Source: Girardia tigrina
Taxonomy: Eukaryota
Direction: 5' to 3'
Length of the DNA: 64,000 nucleotides
NCBI GenBank assembly: GCA_001938485.1
Contig: MQRK01183776.1
Location: forward strand, 13,592 to 77,591
In this document: piece by piece, positions 62,369 to 64,000 of the stretch
Numbering within the stretch: position 1 is the stretch's first letter
Layout of the letters: every line of letters starts with the position of its first letter
Program-made: the position numbers and the translations under genes
Notes under the pieces: model-generated
What the model was told of the DNA's origin: nothing
The model's database searches: none
Seen by the model: only the letters and a program-made list of their open reading frames with translations

Positions 62369-63298
62369 CTAGAAAATAAAATAACGAATTAAATAATTTA
62401 AAAGTATATTAACAATTACACTAACCGTCATCTGACTTGTCCTGGATTAGCAGGTTTGCAGACCTAAAAGAAAATTCACCTCGAGTTAGCAGACTGTAAT
62501 CATAAAAATAATAGAACGTGAATAATCATGAATCACTTACTTACATGATGTATTCAAGTTGTGAGACTAATATAGAAAGCTAACGATATCAACACAACAC
62601 TTTGTATTTAGAACAAGCATGAGAAATAGGCATCATTTCTCAAAATAATTTCCTTGTGCCTAGACATATTTTTTCCAACGAATGAGGTTTTGAAGGTGTA
62701 TTTGAAGAATTCTTGAGGATTTTCTCCAGTCGTTTCTACTTATCCTCTGACATCCATTTGTAATCCATTTGCTGCAGTCAATTTCTGATTTGTTTGTTCC
62801 ATCCTTATGTTATTTATTTTTTTTAATATTCCTTCCGTCATAACATTCAACGCTGCTCCCGTGTCCAGTTTCTATGTTTTCCAATCTATACTCGGTGGGC
62901 CTTGTAATTGGAATATTTTCACAATTATTTTAAACACACCCAATGAAATTACATTCACAACGTGACCCAATTGGTCAATTCAAATTGAAATGAAACAAAA
63001 TTCATTTGAAATGTGAATTTAATTCACACTAAAAAAATTGTTAATTTGTTTAACTGAGTTGCCTAGCAACTCAAGGCCAACGTTTTGAATTTATATAATT
63101 TGAATGTCTCTGAAAATTGATTCAACACAGAAAGATTTTAAAGATAAAGAGTTTGTTTGATAAAGACATAACAGACGAAGAACTTTGGTTGGAAAATTGA
63201 GATCATAAAAATTTAAATGAGACAGATCGACTCATAAAGCGGCAATCATCACAAAACCATATGAAAGTGATGATCATATACATTTATTTATATATATA

Positions 63299-63342
<44 letters not shown>

Positions 63343-63519
63343 ATTATTTAATTCAATTAAATCTTATTTAATTTTTTATTTCTTTTTTATTTTAATTACT
63401 TATTTAATTATTTAATTTTATTTTTATTAGTTTAATTAATTTTTTTTATTTAAATTACAAATAAAAGGTTTAAGGCTATCGCAGCGCGACCACTATATAT
63501 AATTTATATGATCTGGTTC

Positions 63520-64000
63520 ATGCCTATGAAAACTTACTCCAATGCCCAGATCGGGTCCTCGTCGTCTTGGCACGATTCGTTTTTTTCTGTATGTTCTCGT
63601 TCTTCTCGGTTATTCTTCCTTCTCCATCATGACGATCTGTCTTCCTCTTTCGAATCCATTTCTATAGTCGTCTGAGTTCCGGTTTCCTAAGCTTTTCGTT
63701 TGTGCATTTGAGAATTGTCGGCTATCTCTTTAGGTTCTCCTTTGATAATTCGTTCTTCCTTGATATCGTATATTCAAATTCGTGTAACATTCATCAGCTC
63801 TATGTCCTGGATTGTTACATCTTCAACATCTTACCTTCCTGCATTCGCGTCGCACGTGACCTTTGCCTCTACATACATGGCATGTGATCTTCCTCTGACG
63901 TTTACAATCGTGACTTTTATGTCCTCCTTCCTTACAGTTCCAACATGTGATGTGTTTCTGCATAGAAGATTGTCTTCCAAAAGAATCTCCTTTCTTCGTC
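63520..64000 (-). mobile_element. Retrotransposon gag C-terminus with three CCHC zinc knuckles
   Basis: CWNCKEGGHKSHDC..CHVCRGKGHVRREC..C*RCNNPGHRADEC; internal stops; runs off the window. Confidence 0.8.

Noticed and set aside
63474-63495. GGCTATCGCAGCGCGACCACT resembling the atypical PBS
   Set aside because: Not preceded by an LTR ..CA end and opposite in orientation to the adjacent gag, so not counted as a third PBS.

Overview
Very AT-rich, gapped eukaryotic (animal) genomic DNA. The 42-51 nt introns and the Penelope/Merlin/mariner/Gypsy content would fit a flatworm such as a planarian, but that is inference. One host gene dominates: a 10-exon selenoprotein O (SelO) gene on the + strand, 17102-59874, about 622 aa after manual splicing. 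It ends ...ERPPNWACDLKVT-U-SS*, with an in-frame UGA at 59863-59865 and a type II SECIS at 59925-59994. Its large introns (1.8, 25.5, 4.4 and 9.0 kb) and flanks hold Penelope-like retroelements with hammerhead ribozymes, LTR elements, mariner, Tigger/pogo, hAT and Merlin transposons, plus decayed host-gene fragments (alpha-spectrin, CDK1, SRSF1-like, possibly plastin). Two structures stand out. (1) A 1-kb integrant (43731-44733) has INVERTED LTRs, a 5-bp TSD and two inward-facing tRNA-Leu PBS copies fused directly to an alpha-spectrin fragment. (2) Two related LTR elements have a primer-binding site that lacks TGG and is instead complementary to what looks like the first 12 nt of a tRNA.
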